NCBI GenBank assembly: GCA_035297105.1
Contig: DATGZO010000006.1
Span: forward strand, 5,415-69,414
Direction: 5' to 3'
From: Thermoplasmata archaeon
GTDB taxonomy: Archaea; Thermoplasmatota; Thermoplasmata; Lutacidiplasmatales; UBA184
Length of the DNA stretch: 64,000 bases
Positions 46,351 to 56,254 of the stretch are shown in pieces (position 1 is the first letter of the stretch; each line of letters begins with the position of its first letter). The notes beneath the pieces are model-generated. The model did no database searches and had not been told where the DNA came from. It worked only from the letters and a program-made list of their open reading frames with translations. The position numbers and the translations under genes are program-made.

Positions 46351-47295
46351 ATGAACGCTTCCCCCAATCCGTCCATGGAGGGCCGTGTCGTCGTGATCAC
46401 AGGTGGAACATCCGGGATCGGTCTCGAGACCGCCCGGGGAGTCGCCGCCCGAGGGGCCCACGTCGTCCTGGTCGGGCGCGGTGACCCCCGGGTGCAGCAG
46501 GTAGCGACGGAAGTTGCTCGGTCGTCCGGGAATCCCCACGTGGAGGGTCTCCCCGTCACGGACCTCGCGCTCCGGTCGGAGTGGATGCGGGTCGGCCAGG
46601 AGCTCCTCCGACGGTACCCGGCCATTCATGTGCTCGTGAACAACGCTGGGGCGTACATCGCACATCGGGAAACGACGTCGGAAGGCATCGAGAGGACCTT
46701 CGCCCTGAATGTTCTGGCCCCGCTGGGGCTCACTACGCTCTTGGCCAACCGGATGCGAACCTCGCCTCCCGCCCGGATCATCAATGTCGCTTCCGCCGCG
46801 CACGTCCGTGAGTCCGTCCACCTGGAGGACCTCCAGGGAACCGGGTCGTACCACGGGTTTCGCGCCTACGGTCGCTCCAAGCTGGAGCTGGTCCTGCTGA
46901 CCCGGGAACTCGCCCGTCGGCTCGCCGGCACGGGAGTCACGGTGAATTCCTTGCACCCGGGTTTCATCCGCTCGGGATTCGGTCGGAACAACGGAGGCGG
47001 GATCGCCCTCACGATCCGGTTCTTCGCCCTGATCGCGGGCCGGAGCGCTCGGACGGGAGCCCGCACCCCAATCCACTTGGCGTGCGATCCGGACGTAGCG
47101 GGAATCACGGGGGAGTACTTCTCCGGTGGCCGAGTGGTCTCCACCTCGCGGGCAGGGCGTGACATGGCGATGGCACGCCGGCTCTACGAGGTGTGTGTTC
47201 CGCTGGTGGGCCTGCCGCCCGTCCCAGAACCGCCCGGGCCCGTCGTGAGTCCCCCCTCGGCGGCCCTGGCGAATCGGGCGTTCGCGACCGAGTAA
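46351..47295 (+). CDS. short-chain dehydrogenase/reductase (retinol-dehydrogenase-like SDR)
   Basis: VVVITGGTSGIGLETA (TGxxxGxG), NNAG, and the catalytic YxxSK in YGRSKL. The ORF track starts at GTG 46345; the first ATG is 46351. Confidence 0.85.
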   Translation: MNASPNPSMEGRVVVITGGTSGIGLETARGVAARGAHVVLVGRGDPRVQQVATEVARSSGNPHVEGLPVTDLALRSEWMRVGQELLRRYPAIHVLVNNAGAYIAHRETTSEGIERTFALNVLAPLGLTTLLANRMRTSPPARIINVASAAHVRESVHLEDLQGTGSYHGFRAYGRSKLELVLLTRELARRLAGTGVTVNSLHPGFIRSGFGRNNGGGIALTIRFFALIAGRSARTGARTPIHLACDPDVAGITGEYFSGGRVVSTSRAGRDMAMARRLYEVCVPLVGLPPVPEPPGPVVSPPSAALANRAFATE

Positions 47296-47302
47296 CGCCT
47301 TC

Positions 47303-48319
47303 CTAACGCGGGGGGGCCCTTCGGGCGAGCTGCGCTGCCCCGATCATCGCCGCGTCCTCGGCAAACCGGGCGCGGACGACCCGCGCGCCGGCGGCCGGGG
47401 GTTGGCAGCGGTACCGAACGGCCCGTTCGACCGCCGGGACCCAATCGGGCATCCCGGCGACCAGCCCTCCGCTCATCACCAGAAGGGAGGGGTTGAACGC
47501 GTTGACCACACTCACGGCTCCGTCCGTGAGATACTGTTCGGTCTCGGCCACCAGACGGACGGCCAGAGGGTCCCCGGCCCGGAACTCCTGGAAGACCGTG
47601 TGGGCCGTGATCTGTTCGATCGTGCCCGCGCGTCGAACGAGGGCCGCCCCTCCGCTCGGGTCGGCCTCGACCTCGAGCCGGGCTCGCTCGCCGATCGCCC
47701 AACCTCCCACGTAGGCCTCGAAGCACCCGGCGTTCGGGCAGTGGCATCGACGCCCGCCGGAAACGATCGTGATGTGACCCACCTCGCCCGCGGCATGGGT
47801 TCCTCCCTCCACGAGGACGCCCCCCAGGACCGCGGATCCGCCGATGCCCGTCCCCAGGGCGAGGCAGAAGAGGTCGGATGTGCCCACCCCGGCCCCGAAC
47901 TGCCATTCCGCGTAGGTGGCGGCCCGGGCATCGTTCACGACGGCGACCGGGGTTCCGAGCTCGTGGGCGATGCGGGGCCCGAGCGGGACGTTCCTCCATC
48001 CCAGGTTCGGCGCGTGGATCACCATGCCGGATGGAGGATCGACCTGCGCGGCCACGGCGACCCCCACCGCGAGCGGGGGTTCCGAGGCCCAGTCGAGACA
48101 CGTTCGCGCGGCCCTCAGGACGGCCGAGATGACCCCGTCCGGCCCGTCGTTGGCGTGCAGGTGCCGCCCGCTGTGGTGGATGACCTCGCCGTGCGCGTTG
48201 ACGAGGCCGCTGACGACCTTGGTCGCTCCGAGGTCGATCCCGAGCGTGAGGTCCGCCGTTCGTGCGACGGACGGTTCGCTACTCTTCGGGGATCTGGCCC
48301 GCGTGCTCCGACTCGGCAT
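47303..48319 (-). CDS. ROK-family sugar kinase (glucokinase-like)
   Basis: LTLGIDLGATKV (N-terminal ATPase motif) and the ROK zinc motif CHCPNAGCFEAY. Confidence 0.85.
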   Translation of the reverse strand: MPSRSTRARSPKSSEPSVARTADLTLGIDLGATKVVSGLVNAHGEVIHHSGRHLHANDGPDGVISAVLRAARTCLDWASEPPLAVGVAVAAQVDPPSGMVIHAPNLGWRNVPLGPRIAHELGTPVAVVNDARAATYAEWQFGAGVGTSDLFCLALGTGIGGSAVLGGVLVEGGTHAAGEVGHITIVSGGRRCHCPNAGCFEAYVGGWAIGERARLEVEADPSGGAALVRRAGTIEQITAHTVFQEFRAGDPLAVRLVAETEQYLTDGAVSVVNAFNPSLLVMSGGLVAGMPDWVPAVERAVRYRCQPPAAGARVVRARFAEDAAMIGAAQLARRAPPR

Positions 48320-50144
48320 ACTTGTGGACCACGTCGACGTACGTCGAGTGCGACCAGGTCAATGGGGTCGCGCTCTTGGGCTCTCCGGTGGTCCGGTCGA
48401 GCTGCTCGGGAAGCAGCTCGGTGGGGGTACCGTGCTGCGCCACCCACTCGATCAGCTCCCGGCACCGGTTCCGGTCGCCGAGCCGGAGGCGCGCCTCGGC
48501 GAGCCAGAGCGTCGCGATGATCCAGGGATTCTCGTTCCCGTAGTAGAGGTCCCCCTCATACCGAGCCAGCCCTCCCACTCCGGGACACCAGAGACGGGCC
48601 TCGATCCCGTCGACCGTGGACCGGGCTCGCGGGTCGTTCCAAGGAAGCAACCCGAGCTTGAGCGCGAGCAGGACCGAGGCGTCGAGCCGGTCGTCCCGGG
48701 GAGTGATCGACCGGAGGAACCGGCCGCGATCCGAGTCCCAGAGATGGCGGAGCGCCGCCGTCCGGATCTCCTCGCTCGCCCGGCGCCACGCTCCGGGGTC
48801 CTTGCCGATCTCCGAGGCGATCCGGGCGGCCCGCTCGAGCGCGTGGGCCACCGCCGACGTGGAGTACGTGTGGATCCCGAGCCGTTCCTCCCACAGGTCG
48901 AAGCTGGGGGCGGGCAGGTGGGTGACCGGGTCCCGGAACCCTTCCAGGAAGGCGGCGGCCCCCTTCACCAGCGGCCAGAGGTCGACGAGGACGTCGGGGT
49001 CGGCGCCCCGCTTGAAGTGGTGCCAGACGGCGGCGATGACCGAAGCGGTCTGGTCGATCTGGAGGAACGGCGGCGGGTGCCAGGTGCTGCCGATGGCGCC
49101 GTCCGGGAAGTGACGGTGGAAGAACGACCCGTCGGCACTCTGGCAGGCCTTGGCAAAATCGAGGAACCGGGCGGCGTTCTCGTAGAGCCCCGCCTCGTCC
49201 ATCGCTTTCGAGACGTACCCCCCGTCGCGCCACCAGCAGTAGTTGTACGTGTCCCCGGCCGCGACCAGGGATCGGGTGTCGGGGGAGGCGATGATCGCAC
49301 CGTTCGCTCCGGTGCAGTGTCGAAGGAGGATCACGCTCTGTCGGTAGACGTCCTTCGCGCGCTCGCTCAGGTCGCGCGGTGGGTTGGGGAGCCGGCGCTT
49401 GGTCCAGGTCTCCCAGAACCGCTCGGACTCGAGTACGAACCGGGCCGAGCCTCCGTTCCGGACGTAGTCCCGGACCTGGTGGACCGCCGGCAAGGACCGC
49501 CCGGCGACCAGGAAGAGCCGGAGCTCCGTGTCCGTATCCGGACGCGCCTCGACGTCCCATTCCATCACGCTGTCCGCCGCCCCGTGGGCCACGGCCCGGC
49601 CCTCGAGCCGCCCGTCCTCCGCATCGACGTACGTTCCGCGGAGCCCCTTCAGCGTGTGCTCGCCGCAGACGGCCCGGGTGTACGCGGGGTCGCTGAAGAA
49701 CTCGAAAAAGTACCCCCGCTTGTAATGGACAAGGGAGGGGATCGACGGGTCGACGTACGCGGTGTCCTGGTACATCGACTCCGCGATCTGGAACGCGTGG
49801 TAGGCGAAGAGCCGTAGCGACCGGGCCGGGTCGGCCCGGATCCGGTACACCCGGGCGATGAGGTCGTGGTTCGGGTGCACGTGGTCCCGGATGCCGAGCG
49901 AGATCCCGTGCCCCTTCCACGTCGACTCGGGAAGGTGCCCGGCTCCGTACGGGGCCTGGGTGATTTCGTAGCCGTTGCCACGGCGCAGCCATCCGAAGCG
50001 GGAGGCCCCGACGTCGAACACGCCGACCCGGGCCTCCCGGAGCTGTTGGAACTGGCCGGGATAGGGGTAGAAGAGTTCGTTCCAGTCCCCATGTTCGTTG
50101 ACCGTCAGGAGGACGCGGCCGTTCCCGGTCAGGCCCGTGATCAT
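48279..50144 (-). CDS. glycoside hydrolase family 15 (archaeal-type glucoamylase / glucodextranase-like)
   Basis: (alpha/alpha)6-barrel GH15 signatures: ...YNYCWWRDGGYV..., ...LWEER... and the conserved C-terminal region. Confidence 0.85.
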   Translation of the reverse strand: MITGLTGNGRVLLTVNEHGDWNELFYPYPGQFQQLREARVGVFDVGASRFGWLRRGNGYEITQAPYGAGHLPESTWKGHGISLGIRDHVHPNHDLIARVYRIRADPARSLRLFAYHAFQIAESMYQDTAYVDPSIPSLVHYKRGYFFEFFSDPAYTRAVCGEHTLKGLRGTYVDAEDGRLEGRAVAHGAADSVMEWDVEARPDTDTELRLFLVAGRSLPAVHQVRDYVRNGGSARFVLESERFWETWTKRRLPNPPRDLSERAKDVYRQSVILLRHCTGANGAIIASPDTRSLVAAGDTYNYCWWRDGGYVSKAMDEAGLYENAARFLDFAKACQSADGSFFHRHFPDGAIGSTWHPPPFLQIDQTASVIAAVWHHFKRGADPDVLVDLWPLVKGAAAFLEGFRDPVTHLPAPSFDLWEERLGIHTYSTSAVAHALERAARIASEIGKDPGAWRRASEEIRTAALRHLWDSDRGRFLRSITPRDDRLDASVLLALKLGLLPWNDPRARSTVDGIEARLWCPGVGGLARYEGDLYYGNENPWIIATLWLAEARLRLGDRNRCRELIEWVAQHGTPTELLPEQLDRTTGEPKSATPLTWSHSTYVDVVHKYAESEHAGQIPEE

Positions 50145-50265
50145 GAACCGTCCCGGGCCATTGCGGGCGCGCGGCGAACCCCACCGTTCATGGTCGGGGA
50201 AGGACGGGGCCGCGGGCTCGTATAACCCCTCGGTTACAATGGCCGCGTCGCGGCCGGGGTGCGGG

Positions 50266-51459
50266 TCACTTCAGGATGGGCACGCCCAGCCGTTCGAGGG
50301 CTCTCCGACGCAGGTCGGTGAGGGCGTTCATGTAGTTCGCGTAGGCGTCGTATGGGCTGTCGTAGCTCGAGAAGTACTCGTGGACACCCTGGTCCGCGCC
50401 GTGGCCGCCGACGTACATGTAGTAGAAGTGGTCGGAGGTGAGGAGCTTTCGCCAGTCCGTGAGAATGGCGGGGTCGTTGGCCCGACGGGCGACCAGGCCG
50501 ACCTTCTTCGCCGCCTCGAAGGCCGAACGCTGCAGGTCGTTGCCCAGCCAGGCCCCCAGATCCCGGTTCTGGTCGGCCCAGCTCATCGTGTAGGGGACGC
50601 TGAGGGGACCCCGGGGGACTCCCTGGATCGCCTCGTCGACCGTGGCCCATCCCAAGTGCGGGTGCTGGGCCACCTTGTCGGGGAGAGCGCTCAGGAAGTC
50701 CAGGATCCCCGTGCGGGCCGAGTGGTGCTCCCCGAACGTCTCGAAGTCCATGAACAGCCCGACCAGCTCGCCCGGAGTGGAGGCGATCCAATCCGCGTAC
50801 TTCTCCGCAGTGAGGGGGTATTCGGACCAGCCGGTCGAGGAGAACCGGAACCCGACGTCGTCGCTCAGCGGGTAGTGACGGAGCAGCAGCATCACGGTCG
50901 GCGCGGGCGCAGCGCAGTACCGCATCGTGGCCGGTTCGCCCTGGAGGGCGCCCTCCCAGCCTTCCGCCAGCATCCCGTGGAACCGCTCGCTTTCCGCGAA
51001 CCGGGCCAGGTCGTCGGAGTAGGCGAGCTCCGTCATCCGGAGCACCTTCGGGTTCGCGCCGAACTCGCTGTGGAGCATCGCCCGGTGCATCTCGACCTCC
51101 TCATGGAGCTCGGGCGGAGGGAGGAGGAAGGCGAGGGAGTGGTAGTACGTCTCCGCGACCAGCGCGACCTGGCCGGTACGGTAGAGCTCGCGGACGCGGT
51201 CGAGCACCTCGGGGGCCGCGAGACGGGCCTGCTCCAGGAACGTGCCCGTGATGGAGAGGCTCACCCGGAACTCGGACCGCTCCCGCGCCGACCGGATGAG
51301 CCGGTCGAGCGTCGGAATGTAGCAACGGTCCGCGATGCCCCGGAAGATCGCGAGATTGCGTTCGACGTCAAAGTACGAGCGGCCCGAGCCCAGGTCGAGG
51401 TAGCGGAATCGGGCCAGCCGCCAGGGCTGGTGCATGTGCAGGTAGAGGACGATCTTCAC
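50266..51459 (-). CDS. glycoside hydrolase family 57 (alpha-amylase / 4-alpha-glucanotransferase-like)
   Basis: VLYLHMHQPW (GH57 signature), ...GHHSARTG... region. The start is taken as the GTG at 51459 (VKIVLYLH...); the ORF extends to the ATG at 51546. Confidence 0.85.
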   Translation of the reverse strand: MKIVLYLHMHQPWRLARFRYLDLGSGRSYFDVERNLAIFRGIADRCYIPTLDRLIRSARERSEFRVSLSITGTFLEQARLAAPEVLDRVRELYRTGQVALVAETYYHSLAFLLPPPELHEEVEMHRAMLHSEFGANPKVLRMTELAYSDDLARFAESERFHGMLAEGWEGALQGEPATMRYCAAPAPTVMLLLRHYPLSDDVGFRFSSTGWSEYPLTAEKYADWIASTPGELVGLFMDFETFGEHHSARTGILDFLSALPDKVAQHPHLGWATVDEAIQGVPRGPLSVPYTMSWADQNRDLGAWLGNDLQRSAFEAAKKVGLVARRANDPAILTDWRKLLTSDHFYYMYVGGHGADQGVHEYFSSYDSPYDAYANYMNALTDLRRRALERLGVPILK

Positions 51460-52595
51460 CGCCGGCCCGCCACGTTCATCGCCTCGAGATAGACCGACAC
51501 CGTCTCCCGAGCGCGCTCGGACCATCCCTCTCGGAGCGCTTCCCACTGCCCCTGCTCACCCATGGCGCGGCTCAGGGTCGGGTACTCCAGCAGTTCCGCG
51601 ATCCGGCTCGCGAACTCCTCGACGTCCCAGAAGTCGACGTGGAAGATGCCCTGGGAGATCTCCGCGACCCCGCTCGTCTTGGAGACGATCGTCGGCACTC
51701 CGGCGGCCATCGCCTCCAGCGCGGCGATGCCGAACGGCTCGACGACCGAGGGAAGGACAAAGACCGAAGCACCGGAGAGGAGAATCTCCCGCTCCTCCTC
51801 GGAGACCCGTCCCAAGAACATCACCCGGTCCCCGATCCCGAGGGCGGCGGTCAGGTGGAGGAGCCGGGAGTACTCCGACCCCTCGCCGGCGATCACGAAC
51901 AGGACGTCCGGGAAAACCGGCACGACCCGAGCGGCCGCCCGCAGGAAGGTGTCGACGCCCTTCATCGCCGCGAGCCTACCGACGAAGAGCACGACGCGGC
52001 GATGCGGGTCGATGTTCGCCAGTCGGTCGCTCGGCCGCACTGCGTTGTAGATCACGCGGATGCGGCCCGGGTCCGCGTGATAGCGGTCGATCAGCTGCTG
52101 CCGGAGGTGTCGGCTCACGGCGATCACCCGCGTCGCGGCGTCGATGCCCCGCTGTTCGCGGTCCAGGATGTGGCCCCACGGGTTCCCGAGCGAGCGGTCG
52201 TATTCGGTCGAATGGACGGTCATGACGAGCGGGCGGCCCATCCGGTGGGCGAGACCGTTCCCCCCCTCGGTCCCGAACCAGTCGTGGACGTGGATGACGT
52301 CAACGTTCCCGAGGTCCGAAAGGTTGGCGACCCAGGTGTTGTACCCGTCCGTCGCGTTCCAGAACGGGCTTCCGGGAACGTTGCCCGCCCAGTACGCGGG
52401 CGGAAACTCGCTCGGCTTTCCCCCCTCGGGAGAGCCGGGGTATCGGATCGTCACCCCCTCGACGGGGGTGAACGGGCCGGTGAAGGGCGTCAGGAAGGTG
52501 ATGCGATGGCCGAGCCTCGTGAGCTCCTTGGCGAGTTCGTAGCAGTGGACCCCGAGGCCGCCCGTGTGATGCGGCGGCCACTCCCAACCCACCAT
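51456..52595 (-). CDS. glgA: glycogen/starch synthase-like GT-B glycosyltransferase (archaeal GlgA-like)
   Basis: IVMVGWEWPPHHTGGLGVHCYELAKELTRLGHRITFLTPF... is the archaeal glycogen synthase N-terminal signature. C-terminal GT1/GT4 motifs (E..FGIA..EAMA.G.P). The ORF continues 5' to 52910 through a basic low-complexity stretch. The N-terminus is uncertain. Confidence 0.78.
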   Translation of the reverse strand: MVGWEWPPHHTGGLGVHCYELAKELTRLGHRITFLTPFTGPFTPVEGVTIRYPGSPEGGKPSEFPPAYWAGNVPGSPFWNATDGYNTWVANLSDLGNVDVIHVHDWFGTEGGNGLAHRMGRPLVMTVHSTEYDRSLGNPWGHILDREQRGIDAATRVIAVSRHLRQQLIDRYHADPGRIRVIYNAVRPSDRLANIDPHRRVVLFVGRLAAMKGVDTFLRAAARVVPVFPDVLFVIAGEGSEYSRLLHLTAALGIGDRVMFLGRVSEEEREILLSGASVFVLPSVVEPFGIAALEAMAAGVPTIVSKTSGVAEISQGIFHVDFWDVEEFASRIAELLEYPTLSRAMGEQGQWEALREGWSERARETVSVYLEAMNVAGRR

Positions 52596-52931
52596 GACGA
52601 TGTGGAGGGGTCGAGGGGCGGTGAGCAGTCGGACCCGGGAGGGAACCCGGGACGGGCGAGGGAGCGGCAACGGGTTCGTGGCGAGCTCATCGATCCCTCC
52701 CCCGGGGACGGCGGCGGGGGTCGCCCTTCGGACCTCGGGTTTCGTGCGGCCGCTAGCCCGCCGGCCCTTGCGCCTCTTTCGGGCCGGCGGCGGGCTCCGA
52801 CGAGCCGAGTGGTGCACCTCCGAGGAGGAACGGGTTGGGGTCTTGCGCTTCACGACGGGTCGCCCATCAAACTGGGGCACTTGAACCCGCCGCCTGCGGA
52901 TCGTGCCCACGTACGGGGCGGCGAGGGAGCG

Positions 52932-53660
52932 TCAGAACCCGGCGAGCAGTTCTTCGATCGCGGCGCGAGGCGAGGAGGCGCGGGTGACCGCGCTCGCCAC
53001 CAGGATCCCACGGGCGCCGAGCTCGAGGGCGACCGCCACGTCCCGACGGTGATGGACGCCGGCCCCGCAGAGGACCGCGGTGGTCGGGGAGATGGCGGCC
53101 ACAGCCCTTACGGTGCCCGACACGACCTCGGGACGGGCGGTGGAGACCGCTCGGTCCCCGCCGATCAGCTCGGGGGGCTCGACGGCGAGGTAGGCGGGAT
53201 GGGTCCGGGCGAGCCGCCGGGCGGCCTGCTGGTCCCGGGCGCAGACGACGGCGACGAGACCGAGCCGGTGGAGTCGGGTGACCGTCTCGCGGGTCTCGGC
53301 CGGTGACAAGGGATGCTCCGAGTGGTTGACGAGGCTCCCCTTTCCGCCCGCCGCCGCCACCGACTCGGGTGGGACGAACCCCGTGTGGGCCCCCGTGGCG
53401 ACCGAGTCCACGTGCTGGGCCAGGACCGGGATTCGGAGGGAGCTCGCCAGTCGTCCCAGGTCGGGCGTGGCGGGGGCGACCGCGACGGGGACATCCGCCG
53501 CGCGACCCAACTCTTCCAGGAAGCGTCCGACGCGTTCGGCCCCAGGACCCAGGGCGGAGGGGTAGGCTTTGAGGTTCACCAGGAGCAAAGGCCGCCCCAG
53601 GGGGGCGGAATCAGTGCGGCGCGACGGCACGGGTCCGCTTCGGGCGCGAACAGATGGCAT
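52932..53660 (-). CDS. tpiA: triose-phosphate isomerase, archaeal short type
   Basis: ...LLLVNLKAYPSALG... (compare archaeal INFKTY) and ...LVNHSEH...GLVAVVCA.... At ~225-243 aa this is the short archaeal form, not the ~250-aa bacterial one. The ORF N-terminal extension to 53897 is low complexity, and the start may be further internal. Confidence 0.83.
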   Translation of the reverse strand: MPSVRARSGPVPSRRTDSAPLGRPLLLVNLKAYPSALGPGAERVGRFLEELGRAADVPVAVAPATPDLGRLASSLRIPVLAQHVDSVATGAHTGFVPPESVAAAGGKGSLVNHSEHPLSPAETRETVTRLHRLGLVAVVCARDQQAARRLARTHPAYLAVEPPELIGGDRAVSTARPEVVSGTVRAVAAISPTTAVLCGAGVHHRRDVAVALELGARGILVASAVTRASSPRAAIEELLAGF

Positions 53661-53820
53661 ACTCGTCGCCGTCGAAGAAGACCTCCCGGTCCGGGTGCTT
53701 CCGCTGGAGCTCGGAGATGCGGGTGAGGACGTCCTCGAGGGTGGTCGATTCGTCATTCGGGTCGATCCGTACGTGCACGGTCTTCTCGGGGTGGTCGTGT
53801 CCACGACCCGTATCGACCAT
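53611..53820 (-). CDS. hypothetical 69-aa protein overlapping the annotated tpiA 5' end
   Basis: MVDTGRGHDHPEKTVHVRIDPNDESTTLEDVLTRISELQRKHPDREVFFDGDEYAIC... is protein-like and acidic. A TATA-like CCTTATAGC lies ~40 nt upstream. If tpiA starts at an internal codon, the overlap disappears. Confidence 0.35.
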   Translation of the reverse strand: MVDTGRGHDHPEKTVHVRIDPNDESTTLEDVLTRISELQRKHPDREVFFDGDEYAICSRPKRTRAVAPH

Positions 53821-54020
53821 CGCGCACCGAGGGAGCCGGAAGCGGCGGGGGGGCTATAAGGGTTCGACAAGCACCAGGAGTCGTAAAACCCGCCCACCCC
53901 GCGGGGCCGGAAGGGAACGGCGAAGCCATTCGCGTGGGTCCGAAAACCAATGGAGGAACCGGTTCCCGGGCCGAGGGCAAACGTTCCGGCCCGCGGCCGG
54001 GAAGGGGTTGGAGAGGTCGC

Positions 54021-56129
54021 CTACTCCTGCTCGCCGAACCGCTTGATATCTTCGGGAACGTCCTTGGTCACGACCGGGGCGGCTCCCTGGACCTGGACCC
54101 GCACCTTCTCGACGATGTCGGGGTTGGCCAGCGTTGTTACGTCGCCGATGGCCATCCGGTTCGAGATGCTGGCGAGTACCCGCCGCATGATCTTCCCCGA
54201 GCGGGTCTTCGGCATGTCGGGGACGACGTAGACGTTCTTCGGCCGCGCGATCTTCCCGATGATGTCCTCCACGGCCTTCACGACCTTCTTGGAGACCTCT
54301 TCCGCCTGGCCCTCGTGCCCCGGCTTCAGCGAGATGTAGAGGTCGGGGACCCGGCCGCGGGTCTCGTCTGCCACGGGCACGACCGCGGCCTCGGCGACCT
54401 CGGACACCGTGAGGATCGCCGATTCGATCTCCTTCGTCCCGAGCCGGTGGCCCGCGACATTGATCACGTCGTCGACGCGGCCCAGGATGCGGAAGTAGCC
54501 GTCGGGGGATTGGGTCGCTCCGTCTCCGGCGAAGTAGGGCCAGTCCCGCCAGTCCGTGCTCTTGGGATCCTTGTTGTACTTTGCGTAGTAGGTCTTCACG
54601 AAGCGATCCGGGTCGCCCCAGATCGTCTGGAAGATCCCGGGCCATGGGTTGCGGATGCAGATGTTTCCCGCGATGCCCGAGCCCCGCTTGACCTCCTGAC
54701 CGTTCTCGTCGTAGAGCACCGGGTGAACCCCCAGCACCGGCGGACCCGCGCTTCCCGGTTTCATCGGGTCGAGGCCGGGGATCGTCGAACAGAGGAAGCC
54801 CCCGTTCTCGGTCTGCCACCAGGTGTCGACGATTACCGCGGAGCCCTTTCCGACGACCTCATAGTACCAGCGCCAGACCGCTGGCTCGATCGGTTCCCCG
54901 ACGGTCGTCATGTGCTTGAACTTGTAGTGGTACTTCTTCGGCTCGTCGGGTCCGGCCTTCCGTAGCATCCGGATCGAGGTCGGGGCCGTGTGGAAGATGT
55001 TCACCCCGAGCCGTTCCGCGATGCGCCACACCCGACCCGCGTCGGGAAAGGTCGGCACCCCCTCGTACATTACGCTCGTGGCCGCCAGCGCGAGCGGACC
55101 GTACACGATGTAGGAGTGGCCGGTGATCCACCCGATGTCGGCCATGCACCAGTAGACGTCGGTCGGGTGGATGTCCTGGTAGTACTTCGCCGTCCCCGTG
55201 ACGTAGGCGAGGTAGCCGCCGGTGCTGTGTTGGCAGCCCTTCGGCTTCCCCGTGGTCCCGCTCGTGTACATCAGGAACAGCGGGGCCTCGGCGGGCATCG
55301 AAACGGGCTCGATGCGGTGTCCCCGGTACTTCTTCAGGAGGTCGTTCACGACGAAGTCCCGTCCCTCGACGTACGGCGACTTGGTGGAGTTCTTGCCCGG
55401 GTAACGCTGCCAGACGAGCACCTTCTCGACCTTGTGCCCGTTCTCCTCTGACGTCTTGAGCGCGATGTCGGCCTGGAGTTTGTGGTCGCTGAGGGTGCCG
55501 TTGCGGTAGTACCCGTCCATGTAGATCAGGAGCCGGCTCTGCGAGTCCGCGGCCCGCGAGCCGCACGCCTGGCCCGAGAACCCTCCGAAGACGACCGAGT
55601 GGATCACTCCGAGCCGGGCGCAAGCGAGCATGGTGACCGGCAGCTCGACGCACATCGGCATGTGCACCGTGACCCGGTCGCCGGCCTTCAGGCCGCAGTG
55701 GTCGCGCAGGACCGCGGCCATCTCGTTGACCCGTGTGTAGAGCTCCTGATAGGTGACCGTGACGACCGGCTCGTCCTCCGGCTCGGGGACGTAGATCAGA
55801 GCCGCCTTGTTCCGGTACTTCGCGAGGTGTCGGTCGATGCAGTTGTAGCTGACATTGAGCCGCCCGCCGACGAACCACTTCCAGAACGGAGCGTGGCTCG
55901 TGTCGAGCGTCGTCGTCCAGTACTTGTCCCAGCTCAGGAGGTCCCCGTACTCCTTGAAACAGTCAGGGAACTTGTCGATCGTGAACCGATCCCGGAAGGA
56001 CGGGTCGGTCAGGTTCGCCTGACCCACGAACGACGGCGGAGGTACGATGTGTTCCTCCTCTCCCCAATGGACCGCGATCTGGGCTTCACTGGTCTCGGTC
56101 GCCTCTTCCCGTATCGTCTTGGTTGCCAT
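54021..56129 (-). CDS. acs: acetyl-CoA synthetase (AMP-forming)
   Basis: It matches Acs along its full length: ...YTSGTTGKPKG..., ...WWQTE..., ...RSGKIMRR.... Confidence 0.93.
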   Translation of the reverse strand: MATKTIREEATETSEAQIAVHWGEEEHIVPPPSFVGQANLTDPSFRDRFTIDKFPDCFKEYGDLLSWDKYWTTTLDTSHAPFWKWFVGGRLNVSYNCIDRHLAKYRNKAALIYVPEPEDEPVVTVTYQELYTRVNEMAAVLRDHCGLKAGDRVTVHMPMCVELPVTMLACARLGVIHSVVFGGFSGQACGSRAADSQSRLLIYMDGYYRNGTLSDHKLQADIALKTSEENGHKVEKVLVWQRYPGKNSTKSPYVEGRDFVVNDLLKKYRGHRIEPVSMPAEAPLFLMYTSGTTGKPKGCQHSTGGYLAYVTGTAKYYQDIHPTDVYWCMADIGWITGHSYIVYGPLALAATSVMYEGVPTFPDAGRVWRIAERLGVNIFHTAPTSIRMLRKAGPDEPKKYHYKFKHMTTVGEPIEPAVWRWYYEVVGKGSAVIVDTWWQTENGGFLCSTIPGLDPMKPGSAGPPVLGVHPVLYDENGQEVKRGSGIAGNICIRNPWPGIFQTIWGDPDRFVKTYYAKYNKDPKSTDWRDWPYFAGDGATQSPDGYFRILGRVDDVINVAGHRLGTKEIESAILTVSEVAEAAVVPVADETRGRVPDLYISLKPGHEGQAEEVSKKVVKAVEDIIGKIARPKNVYVVPDMPKTRSGKIMRRVLASISNRMAIGDVTTLANPDIVEKVRVQVQGAAPVVTKDVPEDIKRFGEQE

Positions 56130-56254
56130 CGGTTCCTCGCCCCTCCCCGGGTCGACCGGACCGTATCTGCCGGGCTCCCCGGAAGGGTAGCCGTTCCATC
56201 GCGGTGAGATATTAAAGCGTGCGTAACCCTAGCTCGGCACCCGGCCCGTCCTCG

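Noticed and set aside
47303-48319. Considered moving the ROK kinase start to Val18 (VARTADLTLGIDLG) to remove the 41-nt overlap with the GH15 stop
   Set aside because: The Val codon is GTC, which is not a start codon, and there is no ATG/GTG/TTG between it and the annotated start. The overlap is therefore kept.
47916-51492. Long plus-strand ORFs (633 aa at 47916..49817 and 464 aa at 50098..51492), plus the 542-aa minus-strand ORF at 48556..50184
   Set aside because: They are antisense or alternative-frame shadows of the GH15 and GH57 genes, which have clear family signatures. None of them has a recognisable motif.
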